A DNA stretch of 32,000 nucleotides, taken from Halomicrobium mukohataei DSM 12286. GTDB taxonomy: Archaea; Halobacteriota; Halobacteria; Halobacteriales; Haloarculaceae. The stretch spans positions 1,710,001 to 1,742,000 of the forward strand of contig NC_013202.1 of the NCBI RefSeq assembly GCF_000023965.1. The letters run 5' to 3'. Below, one piece after another: positions 1 through 9,416 of the stretch. Every line of letters starts with the position of its first letter. Position 1 is the stretch's first letter. The notes under the pieces were generated by a model, which searched no databases, was not told the origin of the DNA, and worked only from the letters and a program-made list of their open reading frames with translations. The translations under genes were made by a program, and so were the position numbers.

Positions 1-183
1 GCGTTCGAAGTCGCCGTCGGGTACGGCACCGGCGGCGACCATCTCGCGGGCGCGCGCCTCGTCGACCGTCACGTCGAACTCGGCGAAGGTGTCGCTTACT
101 GCCCGGGCCAACCGTCCTCTGTCGGTCGGTTCGATGAGAACTCCGTCGTTGTCGAAGACGACCGCGTCGTACGCTGGTGCCAT
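1..183 (-). CDS. HAD-superfamily hydrolase, N-terminal fragment (gene runs off the left edge)
   Basis: My own minus-strand translation from the ATG at 183-181 gives MAPAYDAVVFDNDGVLIEPTDRGRLARAV... DxDGVL is HAD motif I. The frame stays open to position 1. The start lies 9 nt after the pstB stop. Confidence 0.6.
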   Translation of the reverse strand, partial: MAPAYDAVVFDNDGVLIEPTDRGRLARAVSDTFAEFDVTVDEARAREMVAAGAVPDGDFER

Positions 184-192
184 TCGTCGGCG

Positions 193-1086
193 TTATCCGA
201 ACTTGCCGGTGATGTAGTCCTCGACGCGCTGGTGCTCCGGGTTCTCGAAGATCGACTGCGTGTCGCCGAACTCGACGAGTTCGCCGCCGGTGAGGAAGAC
301 GGCGGTCTTGTCCGAGATCCGGGCGGCCTGTTGCATGTTGTGCGTGACGATGACGACAGTAAACTCTTCTGCCAGTTCCTCGATGAGATCTTCGATCTTC
401 GAGGTGGCGATCGGGTCCAGCGCCGACGCCGGTTCGTCCATGAGGATCACGTCGGGGTCGACCGCGATGGCCCGCGCGATACAGAGGCGCTGTTGTTGCC
501 CACCCGAGAGGTCGAGCGCTGACTTGTCGAGTTGGTCCTCGACCTCGTCCCACAGCGCCGCTCGCTTGAGCGCCGTCTCGACCTTCTGGTCTAAGTTCTC
601 GGTCTCGTCCTGGATCCGCAGGCCGTAGGCGACGTTGTCGTAGATGCTCTTGGGGAAGGGGTTGGGGTGCTGGAACACCATCCCGATCCGGCGGCGCAGT
701 GCGACCGGGTCAACGTCGTCGTCGTAGATGTTCTTGCCCTCGAAGTAGAGCTCGCCCTCGACCCTGGCGGCGTCGATGAGGTCGTTCATCCGGTTGATCG
801 AGCGCAGGAACGTGGACTTCCCACAGCCCGAGGGGCCGATCATCGCCGTCACCTGATTCTCGGGGATCGACATCGTGATGCCCTGTAGGGCCTGTACGTC
901 GCCGTAGAAGACGTTCAGGTCTCGGGCCTCGATGACGGTGTCTCGGCCGGGCTGGGCACCGCCGTCGGTGCCGTCGACCTCGATCGACTGGTCGACGAGT
1001 GGCTCACCCGACGGATCCGGGGTGGCAGTGGTCCCAACGGCAGCGGGATCGGTACTGTCGTCGCTCGTCATCTCGTTCTGTGTCAT
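193..1086 (-). CDS. pstB: Phosphate ABC transporter ATP-binding protein PstB
   Basis: The 297-aa ORF has Walker [10 protein letters not shown], signature LSGGQQQR and Walker B ILMDEP. The PstB-typical stretches FYGDVQAL and [17 protein letters not shown] are present. It is the last gene of a pstSCAB row. Confidence 0.95.
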   Translation of the reverse strand: MTQNEMTSDDSTDPAAVGTTATPDPSGEPLVDQSIEVDGTDGGAQPGRDTVIEARDLNVFYGDVQALQGITMSIPENQVTAMIGPSGCGKSTFLRSINRMNDLIDAARVEGELYFEGKNIYDDDVDPVALRRRIGMVFQHPNPFPKSIYDNVAYGLRIQDETENLDQKVETALKRAALWDEVEDQLDKSALDLSGGQQQRLCIARAIAVDPDVILMDEPASALDPIATSKIEDLIEELAEEFTVVIVTHNMQQAARISDKTAVFLTGGELVEFGDTQSIFENPEHQRVEDYITGKFG

Positions 1087-1092
1087 GGATTG

Positions 1093-2790
1093 TCACTCTC
1101 GTTGATACCGGTTGCGGATGACGATCGCAGTCGCGTTCATCACCAGCAACACCGCGAGTAGCGTGATCACGCCAGCGGCGAGGACGCCGTGGCGAAACGC
1201 CGGCTCCAGTTCGCTCGACCAGCTGTAGATCTGTCGGGGCATCATACCCGCCACGTCGAAGAAGCCGTTCGGGGCGAGTCGCACCGACGCCGCCGCCCCG
1301 ATCATCAGCAGCGGTGCCGTCTCGCCGATCGCGCGCCCGAGCGCCAGGATCGTCCCGGTGAGAATTCCCGGCAGAGCTTCGGGCAGGACGACCTGACGGA
1401 TCGTCTGCCAGCGGGTCGCACCCATCCCGTAGGAGGCCTGTCGGAACGAGTCGGGCACCGAGCGGATCGCCTCCTGTGAGGAGATGATGACGATCGGCAG
1501 GATCAACAGACCGACTGCGAGGCCGGCGACGACGATCGAGCCCTGGGGCCACTGGACGATCCGGATGAACAGTGCCAGTCCCAGCAGGCCGTAGACGACC
1601 GAGGGGACGCCGGCCAGGTTCCCGATGTTGATCTCGACGAGCGTGACGAACTTGCCCATCGGCCCCTCGGAGGGAGCGTACTCTTCCAGATAGATCGCCG
1701 CACCGACGCCGACGGGGAACGTCGCCAGGACGATCACGATGATCATCATCACCGAGCCGACCATCGCGGGGTAGATCCCGGCGTCGGCGGCGGTCCGCGA
1801 GGTCGCGCTGGTCAGGAACCCCCAGTCGATCCAGGAGTCGGGACCGGCGAAACCGGCGGCCTCCACGACGACGCTGCCGACGGCCACCCCGAGGACGGCG
1901 GTGACCGGGAAGGCCAGTCCGCGCACGCCCTCACGGCGGCCCACGACGCCTTCGACGTAGATGCCGACCGGCAGCGCGACGAACGCGACCAGCAGCATCC
2001 AGCCGCCGTAGCCGATCCCGAGCGCCGGGCCGGTGACGAGTCCCGCCAGCGCGCCGACGAGTGTCGCCCCGACGACCGCGACGCCGGCCCGGCGAGAGTC
2101 GCGACGCCGGGCGACGAACACGCCGCCGGCCACGGCGAGTGGCGCGACCAGCGTCCCGAGGAGCAACAGCCAGTTGGTGGGCACGTACGGCAAGCGCAAC
2201 AGCACTTCTCGCAGACTGATCACGCGGTGGTACAGCCCGAAGTCGACGCCCAGCGCCGCCGCCAGGTCGGTGACGAGCCAGTTGAACTGGGCCGGCGGAG
2301 TCCCCAGGACCGTCACGATCGGCGCGCCAAACAGCACGACGAGGCGTTCGAGGGCCGCGTCGGGTCGCAGGCGTCCGTGGGCGACGATCAGGCCGCCGGC
2401 CGCGACCAGCGAGGTCACCAGCGCGAACCACTCGAGGATCGAGAGCAACTCGATGAACATGACCGCGAACCCGCCCGTGAGCAAGACGCCGACCACGGGG
2501 AGGCCGCTGGTCACGTACGCGACCTCGCCGGCCGGTTCGTCGAGCCGGTAGTAGTACACCGCGAGCGCGGCCAGCGGGACCAGCACGGTCGCGGCGTAGG
2601 TGAGGAGCCACCCGCTGTCGGCCGAGAGCGGTCTGAAAGCGTCGTTGGCGACGAACAGCAAGAGGAGCAACACGGAGACGAGCCCGAACGCGGTCGCCGC
2701 GAGGCAGGCGGCCTCGAACGCTCGCCCGCGGAGGTGGTTGACCGAGCTGTCGCCGCCGTGCCAGTCGACGTCCGGTTCCGTCGTCGCCAT
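1093..2790 (-). CDS. pstA: Phosphate ABC transporter permease PstA (long form with an extra N-terminal membrane region)
   Basis: 565 aa. The C-terminal half carries the PstA permease core (QEAIRSVPDSFRQASYGMGATRWQT). The N-terminal ~270 aa is hydrophobic, consistent with extra TM segments. It lies between pstC and pstB. Confidence 0.9.
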   Translation of the reverse strand: MATTEPDVDWHGGDSSVNHLRGRAFEAACLAATAFGLVSVLLLLLFVANDAFRPLSADSGWLLTYAATVLVPLAALAVYYYRLDEPAGEVAYVTSGLPVVGVLLTGGFAVMFIELLSILEWFALVTSLVAAGGLIVAHGRLRPDAALERLVVLFGAPIVTVLGTPPAQFNWLVTDLAAALGVDFGLYHRVISLREVLLRLPYVPTNWLLLLGTLVAPLAVAGGVFVARRRDSRRAGVAVVGATLVGALAGLVTGPALGIGYGGWMLLVAFVALPVGIYVEGVVGRREGVRGLAFPVTAVLGVAVGSVVVEAAGFAGPDSWIDWGFLTSATSRTAADAGIYPAMVGSVMMIIVIVLATFPVGVGAAIYLEEYAPSEGPMGKFVTLVEINIGNLAGVPSVVYGLLGLALFIRIVQWPQGSIVVAGLAVGLLILPIVIISSQEAIRSVPDSFRQASYGMGATRWQTIRQVVLPEALPGILTGTILALGRAIGETAPLLMIGAAASVRLAPNGFFDVAGMMPRQIYSWSSELEPAFRHGVLAAGVITLLAVLLVMNATAIVIRNRYQRE

Positions 2791-2815
2791 CAGTGCTCAC
2801 CCATCGTTGTGTCGT

Positions 2816-3748
2816 TCATTCGTACTCCTCCCGGTATCGGGCTGCGATTCGGTTGCTCACGAGGTTCAGCAGGAACGTGATCGCAAACAGCGTCAGCCCG
2901 ATCGCGAACATGCTGCTGAAACCGAGCTGACTGACGCTGTCGGCGCTGTTGATCTGGACCATCGCGGCCGTCATCGGCTGGAACCCCTGCCAGAGGTTCT
3001 GGAGCGGCTCCGCGAGGTTCAGCATCCGGGGCTGACTGCCGGCCGCGACGACGACGATCATCGTCTCGCCGATGGCTCGCGACAGCGCGAGGATGAACGA
3101 GGAGAAGATCCCCGACGCCGCCGCGGGCAAGACCACGCCGGTAGTCACCTCGAACTTCGTCGCTCCCATCCCGTAGCCGGCCCGCCGCAGCGAGTCCGGG
3201 ACGGCGCTCATGGCGTCTTCGCTCAGGCTGGACACCATCGGGACGATCATGATCCCGACCATGATCGACGGGCTGAGGATGTTGAAGGTGTTGACGGGCA
3301 GGCCGATCGTCGCCAGGAACGGCGTCACGTAGACGAGCGCGAAGATCCCGTAGACGACGGTCGGAATCCCCGCGAGGACTTCCAGACCGGGCTTGAGCAC
3401 CGAGCGCATCCGGTCGCTGGCGTACTCGCTGAGATACACCGCCGCCGCGACGCCGGTCGGCAGTGCGATCAGCGCGGCGATCACCGTCACCAGCAGGGTG
3501 CCACTCAACAGCGGGAGCAGCCCGTAGACGTCGCGGCTGAGGAGAAACTCCGTCCCGCCGAAGAAGTCGAGCGGGTTCACGAGCGTGAAGAAGGTGATCG
3601 CGTCCCGCGCGAGCAACACGACGATGCTGATCGTCACGAGAATCGACAGCGCCGCACACAGCAACAGGAGGTACCGGTACATCCGTTCGCGCGCCGCACG
3701 CCCGCGTGGTCTGGACGTGATATCCGGTTCGGGCGTCTCGGCGCTCAT
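2816..3748 (-). CDS. pstC: Phosphate ABC transporter permease PstC
   Basis: 310 aa, multi-TM, with the EAA-type loop EDAMSAVPDSLRRAGYGMGATKFE. Its position between pstS and pstA fits. Confidence 0.9.
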   Translation of the reverse strand: MSAETPEPDITSRPRGRAARERMYRYLLLLCAALSILVTISIVVLLARDAITFFTLVNPLDFFGGTEFLLSRDVYGLLPLLSGTLLVTVIAALIALPTGVAAAVYLSEYASDRMRSVLKPGLEVLAGIPTVVYGIFALVYVTPFLATIGLPVNTFNILSPSIMVGIMIVPMVSSLSEDAMSAVPDSLRRAGYGMGATKFEVTTGVVLPAAASGIFSSFILALSRAIGETMIVVVAAGSQPRMLNLAEPLQNLWQGFQPMTAAMVQINSADSVSQLGFSSMFAIGLTLFAITFLLNLVSNRIAARYREEYE

Positions 3749-3799
3749 CGTGTTCGCTCCCGTGTGTGCTCCATGTGTATGTCCTGATACAGCACTGTT

Positions 3800-4798
3800 C
3801 TATCCAGCGACCTCTTCGAGCTTGGCGAGGTTCTCGTCGCGTTGCTCGGCGCTGGACGGGACGTAGCCGATGTCCTGAACCACGTCGGTTTCGGCCTGTT
3901 CGAGGTAGTACCGGACGTACTCGTACACTTCCTCGCGCTGGAGCGCCGACTCGGCGACGTAGAGAAAGAGCGGCCGCGCCATCGGGTAGGAGCCGTCCTT
4001 GGCGTTCGGGAGGCTCGGCGGCGTACACTTGTCTCCGGCCTCGGCCTTGATGTCGATCGCCTTGACGGCCTCCGAGTTCGAACTGTAGTACGCGTAGCCG
4101 AAGTATCCCATGCCGCCTCCGTTGTCGCGGATCCCCCGGACGATCGTCTCGTCTTCTTCGGTCGGCTGGTAGTCGGTCGTGTGCTCGATCTCCTCGCCGA
4201 CGACGTGCTCGTTGAACCAGTCGAAGGTCCCGGAGGTCGAGGCCGGACCGTAGAGTTCGAGTTTCCGGTCGGGCCAGTCCTCGCGTACGTCCGACCAGCG
4301 GGTCACGTCGTTGTCGCTCCAGATCTGTCGCAACTCCTCGAAGCTCATGCACTCGACCCACTCGGCGTCGTTGTTGACGGCCGCCGTCAGCGCGTCGCCC
4401 GCCACCTGGAACTCGACCGGTTCCACGTCGTTGGTCGCACACTGGTCGACCTCAGCGTCCGTGATCGGCCGTGACGAGCCGTTGATGTCGGAGTCGCCGG
4501 CACAGAACCAGTTTTCGAAGCCGCCACCGCTCCCGGTCGGGTCGACGGTGACGTTGACGTTCCCGTGTTCCTCCATGAACTCCTCGGCCATGGTGTCGGA
4601 GATCGGAAAGACAGTGCTGCTCCCTTTCACGATGACCTGCCCGGAGAGACCGTCGCCGCCACCACCGTCGCCACCGGAACCGCCGCCCCACGCGTCCCGA
4701 CGCGTGTTCTGGACACAACCCGACAGCGCCGTCACCCCGGCCAACCCACCGGCGATAAATCTCCGACGCGAAACGTCCCTGTTGGGGTCCCGTGTCAT
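3800..4798 (-). CDS. pstS: Phosphate-binding lipoprotein PstS (Tat signal plus lipobox)
   Basis: 332 aa. The N-terminus SRRRFIAGGLAGVTALSGC carries a twin-arginine motif and a lipobox Cys. A Gly-rich linker is followed by the PBP-type core (KGSSTVFP, DPTGSGGGF). It is the first gene of the pst row. Confidence 0.9.
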   Translation of the reverse strand: MTRDPNRDVSRRRFIAGGLAGVTALSGCVQNTRRDAWGGGSGGDGGGGDGLSGQVIVKGSSTVFPISDTMAEEFMEEHGNVNVTVDPTGSGGGFENWFCAGDSDINGSSRPITDAEVDQCATNDVEPVEFQVAGDALTAAVNNDAEWVECMSFEELRQIWSDNDVTRWSDVREDWPDRKLELYGPASTSGTFDWFNEHVVGEEIEHTTDYQPTEEDETIVRGIRDNGGGMGYFGYAYYSSNSEAVKAIDIKAEAGDKCTPPSLPNAKDGSYPMARPLFLYVAESALQREEVYEYVRYYLEQAETDVVQDIGYVPSSAEQRDENLAKLEEVAG

Positions 4799-4826
4799 CG
4801 TCTGAAGCGTACTCAGGGGTGAATAA

Positions 4827-4883
4827 GTACTCTACTATGAAGAGTACCAAACTGTACGTAGTCTATATAGAAGTACGTTTGGT
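4827..4883. promoter_or_regulatory. Two inverted repeats and a TATATA element in the divergent pstS/phoU control region
   Basis: The first inverted repeat is GTACTCT-N7-AGAGTAC (4827-4847). The second is ACCAAAC(T)GTAC-N-GTACGTTTGGT (4846-4883), and it encloses TATATA at about 4864-4869. Both sit in an AT-rich 300-bp intergenic region. Confidence 0.3.
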
Positions 4884-5100
4884 ATAGATCATCAGTGGTA
4901 TTTGAATCGGCCGAAACCATCCCGAGGCAGCCACACAGATGGTTTCTCGGGATTCGTCGAGCGCCCGATATCACTCCCGAGCGGGCTCCTAATCGATCGC
5001 TTTCGGTCGAGAAATCGTTTGTTACCCTCGACACGTCTCGTATTGTTGTCGCTATATAGTTCCATGTGGGTTTATGTTGCTCTGGCTGCGAGGGGCACCT

Positions 5101-6099
5101 ATGGAGACGCGAAAGGTGCAGGTGACGGGTGGATCGACGTACACCGTCTCGCTTCCCAAAGAATGGGCGACCGAAAACGACGTGAGCGCCGGGAGCGTCG
5201 TGGAGTTTCACGCCGAAGAGGACCTCCTCCTGCTCTCGCCCCGGCGCGAGAACGGGCGCGTCGAGGGGACGCTCGACATCAGCGGTCTCGACGAGGACCA
5301 CGAGCTCACCCGCGCGGTGATGACGATGTACGTGAGCGGCTTCGACGTGATCACTCTCGAGACGCCCCGAATTTCGCCGAAACAGCGCCGCGTGGTCCGC
5401 GACGCCGTCCAGGGGCTCGTGGGGCTGGAAGTGATCGAAGAGACCTCCGATCGAGTCGTCCTGCAGGACCTGCTGGACTCCTCGGAGCTGTCGGTCCACA
5501 ACGCCATCACGCGGATGCAGCTGGTCTCGCTGACGATGCTCGCAGACGCCGTCGACGCCCTTGTCGAGGACGACGACGACCTCGCGGCCGACGTGATCCA
5601 CCGCGACGAGGACGTGGACCGTCTCTGGTACATGGTCTCGCGCGTGTTCCGGACGGTGCTACGGAACCCGACGGCGGCGACCGAGATCGGGTTCCCCCGA
5701 GAGACCGTCTTCGACTACCAGTCCAGCGCTCGCCAGCTGGAGCGCATCGCCGACCACGCGACGAAGATCGCCGAGCTGTCCCGCGAGATCGACGCCATCA
5801 GCGGCGAGACCGGCGAGAAGCTCCGGACGCTCCGCGAGGAGGCCGCGACCGTGCCCGAGACCGCGATGGAGGCGCTGCTGGCCGACGACTCCGAAGCGGC
5901 GGTCGAGCAGGCCAACCAGGCCCGTGGCACCATCGAGGACGTCGACGCGATGGCCCGCGAGGTCGACGAGCAGGTCCGAGAGGCCGACCCCCAGAGCGCT
6001 CAGGTGCTCGGGCTGGTCGTCGACTCGCTGTCCCGGACCGCCGACTACGGCGGGAACATCGCCGAGAGCGCACTCCAGAAGGCCGCACCGCGTCCCTGA
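5101..6099 (+). CDS. phoU: Phosphate uptake regulator (AbrB/SpoVT-type N-domain plus PhoU domains)
   Basis: METRKVQVTGGSTYTVSLPKEWA is an AbrB-like swapped-hairpin motif. It is followed by PhoU-like helical repeats (HRDEDVDRLW, ERIADHATKIAE, ADYGGNIAE). I prefer the ATG at 5101 over the one at 5074, because a TATATA box sits at 5053-5058. Confidence 0.85.
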   Translation: METRKVQVTGGSTYTVSLPKEWATENDVSAGSVVEFHAEEDLLLLSPRRENGRVEGTLDISGLDEDHELTRAVMTMYVSGFDVITLETPRISPKQRRVVRDAVQGLVGLEVIEETSDRVVLQDLLDSSELSVHNAITRMQLVSLTMLADAVDALVEDDDDLAADVIHRDEDVDRLWYMVSRVFRTVLRNPTAATEIGFPRETVFDYQSSARQLERIADHATKIAELSREIDAISGETGEKLRTLREEAATVPETAMEALLADDSEAAVEQANQARGTIEDVDAMAREVDEQVREADPQSAQVLGLVVDSLSRTADYGGNIAESALQKAAPRP

Positions 6100-6114
6100 T
6101 ACGGCCGCCCTCGG

Positions 6115-8601
6115 CTACTCGTAGTACTGGCGGAGCGCCGAAGCGGCTCCAGCCGCGGTCTTTCGGTAGACTCGCTCTCCGTCCGGCGTCCGGACGGCGT
6201 ACTCGTAAGTCCGGCTGTCGGGCTCGTACCAGCGGTCCTCGTGTCGATCGAGGATCCACGGCGACCCGCCGTCTGTTTCGGAGGGAAGCTGTGTCTCGGT
6301 GTCGTCCGTCACGTCCGTGTCCTCGCCGCGTCCCGTCTCGGAATCGGCGCTCCGGGGTGGCCCCGCCTCGACGAGCAGGTCGCCGTCGACCGGGTACGGT
6401 TCGATCAGGCCGGCAACCGGTTCGTCCTGGCTCGCGGCCGCCCGCGTCTGTTCCATCAACACGTCCTGCGTACTGACGGCCGACTCGTCTCCAGGCCGTC
6501 GCTGCTCGTAGCTTCCATCGGACTGCATCTCCCACACGTGGCGGTTGTCGGCCAGCGTCAGTTCGAGCACGAACTTCAGCTGTCGCCGGATCGTCGGGTC
6601 GTCGACGGGCGTGACCGCTTCGACCCGGTAGTCGAGGTTCCGGGTCATCCAGTCGGCGCTGCCGATGAAGTAGCGCGGATCGCCCGCCGTGTCGGCCGCC
6701 GCGGGGTCATCTGGTGCGGCCCCGTTCTCGAAGTAGCAGATCCGCGAGTGCTCCAGGAACCGCCCGACGAGGCTGTACACGTCGACGTTCCCGCTGACGC
6801 CCTCGACGCCGGGACGTAGCCGACAGATGTCGCGGACGATCAGATCGACGTCGACACCGGCCATCGCGGCGCGGTACAGTTCCTCGACGATGGCCGGGTC
6901 TTCGAGCCCGTTGACTTTGACGACGATCCGGGCCGGGCGTCCCGCCTGCGCGTACCGGGCTTCCCGGCGGATGTACCGCGTGAACCGCTCGCGCATCGTC
7001 ACCGGCGCGATCAGGAGCTTCCGGAACTGCTCGTCCAGCGAGGGACCGGTGAAGAAGTTGAACACCGCCACGAGGTCCTGTCCGATGTCCTGATCGGCGG
7101 TCAGCAGGCCGAGATCCACGTAGCCTTTCGCGGTCTCGGAGTGGTAGTTGCCAGTGCCGACGTGAGAGTACAGCTCCACACCGTCGTCCTCCTCGCGGAC
7201 GACCAGCGCCGTCTTCGTGTGCGTCTTCAGCCCGATCGTTCCGTAGGCGACGTGGATGCCGTGTTCTTCGAGCGTCCGGACCCATTCGAGGTTGTTCTGC
7301 TCGTCGAAGCGGGCCTTCAGCTCGACCATCACCGCCACCTGCTTGCCGTTCTCGGCCGCGTCGATTAGCGACTGGATCACCTGTGAGTCGCTCGTCGTCC
7401 GGTAGATCGCGGCCTTCACCGCCAGCACGTCGGGGTCGGTCGCCGCCTCGTGGAGGAACGACTGGACGGTCTGGGTGAAGTCGTGGTACGGGTGATGGAG
7501 GAGGATGTCCGTCTCGCCGACCCGCTCGAACACGCTCTGGTGGGTCGTGGTGTGTTCGCCGATCGCGGTCCGGTCGGTCGCGGTCAGCTGCGGGTGTGGT
7601 CTGGGCGTCCAGGCGTCTCGTTTCAGCGCCGGCCGGTCGAGGTCGACGAGGCGGTCGAACTCCCGGTAGTCCAGGGGCCCCTCCCGCTCGTAGATCTCGC
7701 GTTCGTCCAGCTCCAGTTGCTCCCGCAGCGTTTCGCGGGCGAACGGGTGGGCATCGGTCTCGATCTCCAGACGGACGACGGACGCGAACCGCCGCTGTTC
7801 GAGGACCTCCTCGATCATGTCGATCAGGTCCTCCGCGATCTCCTCGTCGCGCCTGACCTCGGCGTTGCGCGTCAGCCGGAACAGCGCCGTGTCGACGATC
7901 TCGACGTTGGGGAGGAGTACGTCGAGGTTGTTTCGGATCACCGCCTCGATCGGGACGTATCGCGCACCGGCTTCGAGTTCGACCAGTCGCGGCCGGTTGG
8001 GCGGGATCTTCACCCGCGTGAACGTCAGTTCCTCGCCGGGGGACTGGCGCGTGACGATCGCCAGCGACAGCGACCGATTCGAGATGAACGGGAACGGGTG
8101 GGCCGGGTCGAACGACAGCGGCGTCAGCGTCGGCAGCACCGAGTCCTCGAAGTACGTCCGCAGACGCGTTCGCTCGTCGGCCGACAGCGACGAGTAGTCG
8201 AGGATCTCGATGCCGGCATCGGCCAGCGCCGGCCTGATCGTCTCCCGGTAACACGCAGTCTGGGCGGCCAGCATCGGTCGCAGCTCGTCGTGGATCTCGC
8301 GCCACTGTTCCAGCGGCGTTCGGCCGTCGGGCGTGGCGTCGGTGACGCCGGCCTCGATCTGCTGTTTGAGGCCGCCGACCCGTTTCATCACGAACTCGTC
8401 GATGTTGCGGGTGAAAATTGACAGAAACCGGACCCGTTCGAGCAACGGCGTTCGTTCGTCCTCGGCCTCGTGGAGCACCCGCTTTTGAAACTCCAGCTCG
8501 CTGAGTTCGCGGTTGAGGTACAGCGACGGATCCGCGAGGTCCACGTCGTCCGGCTCGAAGGGCTCGATACCGACGCCGGCTGGGTCGCGCTCGCCGCCCA
8601 T
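6115..8601 (-). CDS. ppk1: Polyphosphate kinase 1 with a ~120-aa acidic C-terminal extension
   Basis: 828 aa. PPK1 hallmarks are present: LYLNRELSELEFQKRVL, FLSIFTRNIDEFVMKRV, HTKTALVVR and the PLD-like region GSADWMTRNLDYRVE. After about residue 700 comes an acidic linker and a short terminal module (SPWILDRHEDRWYEPD...). Confidence 0.93.
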   Translation of the reverse strand: MGGERDPAGVGIEPFEPDDVDLADPSLYLNRELSELEFQKRVLHEAEDERTPLLERVRFLSIFTRNIDEFVMKRVGGLKQQIEAGVTDATPDGRTPLEQWREIHDELRPMLAAQTACYRETIRPALADAGIEILDYSSLSADERTRLRTYFEDSVLPTLTPLSFDPAHPFPFISNRSLSLAIVTRQSPGEELTFTRVKIPPNRPRLVELEAGARYVPIEAVIRNNLDVLLPNVEIVDTALFRLTRNAEVRRDEEIAEDLIDMIEEVLEQRRFASVVRLEIETDAHPFARETLREQLELDEREIYEREGPLDYREFDRLVDLDRPALKRDAWTPRPHPQLTATDRTAIGEHTTTHQSVFERVGETDILLHHPYHDFTQTVQSFLHEAATDPDVLAVKAAIYRTTSDSQVIQSLIDAAENGKQVAVMVELKARFDEQNNLEWVRTLEEHGIHVAYGTIGLKTHTKTALVVREEDDGVELYSHVGTGNYHSETAKGYVDLGLLTADQDIGQDLVAVFNFFTGPSLDEQFRKLLIAPVTMRERFTRYIRREARYAQAGRPARIVVKVNGLEDPAIVEELYRAAMAGVDVDLIVRDICRLRPGVEGVSGNVDVYSLVGRFLEHSRICYFENGAAPDDPAAADTAGDPRYFIGSADWMTRNLDYRVEAVTPVDDPTIRRQLKFVLELTLADNRHVWEMQSDGSYEQRRPGDESAVSTQDVLMEQTRAAASQDEPVAGLIEPYPVDGDLLVEAGPPRSADSETGRGEDTDVTDDTETQLPSETDGGSPWILDRHEDRWYEPDSRTYEYAVRTPDGERVYRKTAAGAASALRQYYE

Positions 8602-8602
8602 C

Positions 8603-9304
8603 TCACTCCTCCACCATCGGACGCGGATCGACGATACTGTCGGCGCTGCGCTCGACGTACGTCTCCGGTGGCTCGACGGAGACGAACTCCCCGGTCGAAC
8701 ACCGATAGGCCGTCAGCTGTCCCCCGTAGACACAGCCGGTGTCGAGCCCGACTGCCCACGGCGTGGCGAACGGCTGTGCCAGCACGGTGTGGCCGAAAAA
8801 CACCGTCCGGCCGCCGTCTCGCGTCTCGAACCAGTAGGGCCGGTCGTAGCCGCCGTCCGGGACCAGCGAGCGGTTGTTCAGCAGCTCCTCGGCGCTGTGC
8901 TCGGCCAGTGGCTTGCGGTGATCGATCCCGCCGTGGACGACGAGCGCGCCGTCCCAGGAGACGACGAGAGGCATCGACTCGACGAAGGCCAGGTCGTCGT
9001 CGTCGAGCGCGTCGAGCGACGCCCGGCCGTCGAGGAGCTTCTGCTCGTTGTTGCCCCTGACGCTGAGCAGGTTGTCCCGTTCCCGGACCAGCGACAGTGC
9101 GCGTCGACTGTCCGGCCCCTTCCTGACGAGGTCGCCGACGAAGACGAACAGGCTCCGGCCGTTGTCGAGTCGGTCGAGGAGCCGTTCGAGCGTCTCCGCA
9201 CAGCCGTGTACGTCGCCGACGACGTACACCTCGTCCCAGCGGGACACGTCGATCTGACGGTGCTGTTTCGCGACGGTTGGTTCGAATGAGAGTGTTGCTG
9301 TCAT
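8603..9304 (-). CDS. ApaH/PPP-family metallophosphoesterase (diadenosine-tetraphosphatase-like)
   Basis: I take the start at the internal ATG 9304 (MTATLSFEP...). Motifs are GDVHGC, GDLVRKGP and GNNE (in place of GNHE/D), with HGG later. Its stop lies 1 nt before the ppk ATG. The upstream part of the 342-aa ORF is Arg/Pro-rich and looks non-coding. Confidence 0.8.
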   Translation of the reverse strand: MTATLSFEPTVAKQHRQIDVSRWDEVYVVGDVHGCAETLERLLDRLDNGRSLFVFVGDLVRKGPDSRRALSLVRERDNLLSVRGNNEQKLLDGRASLDALDDDDLAFVESMPLVVSWDGALVVHGGIDHRKPLAEHSAEELLNNRSLVPDGGYDRPYWFETRDGGRTVFFGHTVLAQPFATPWAVGLDTGCVYGGQLTAYRCSTGEFVSVEPPETYVERSADSIVDPRPMVEE

Positions 9305-9416
9305 CGTGTCCTGTCCGAATCGTCCGGACCGAGACGAGCGCCGTTGTAACTGGTTTATAATTGGACTCCAGAGCGGTACATATCGGTACGTATCGTAATC
9401 GAAACGCTGTCCGCAT

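Noticed and set aside
9281-9295. GGTTGGTTCGAATGA resembles a tRNA T-arm.
   Set aside because: It lies inside the N-terminal codons of the phosphoesterase gene (LSFEPTV), and no acceptor or anticodon arms surround it.
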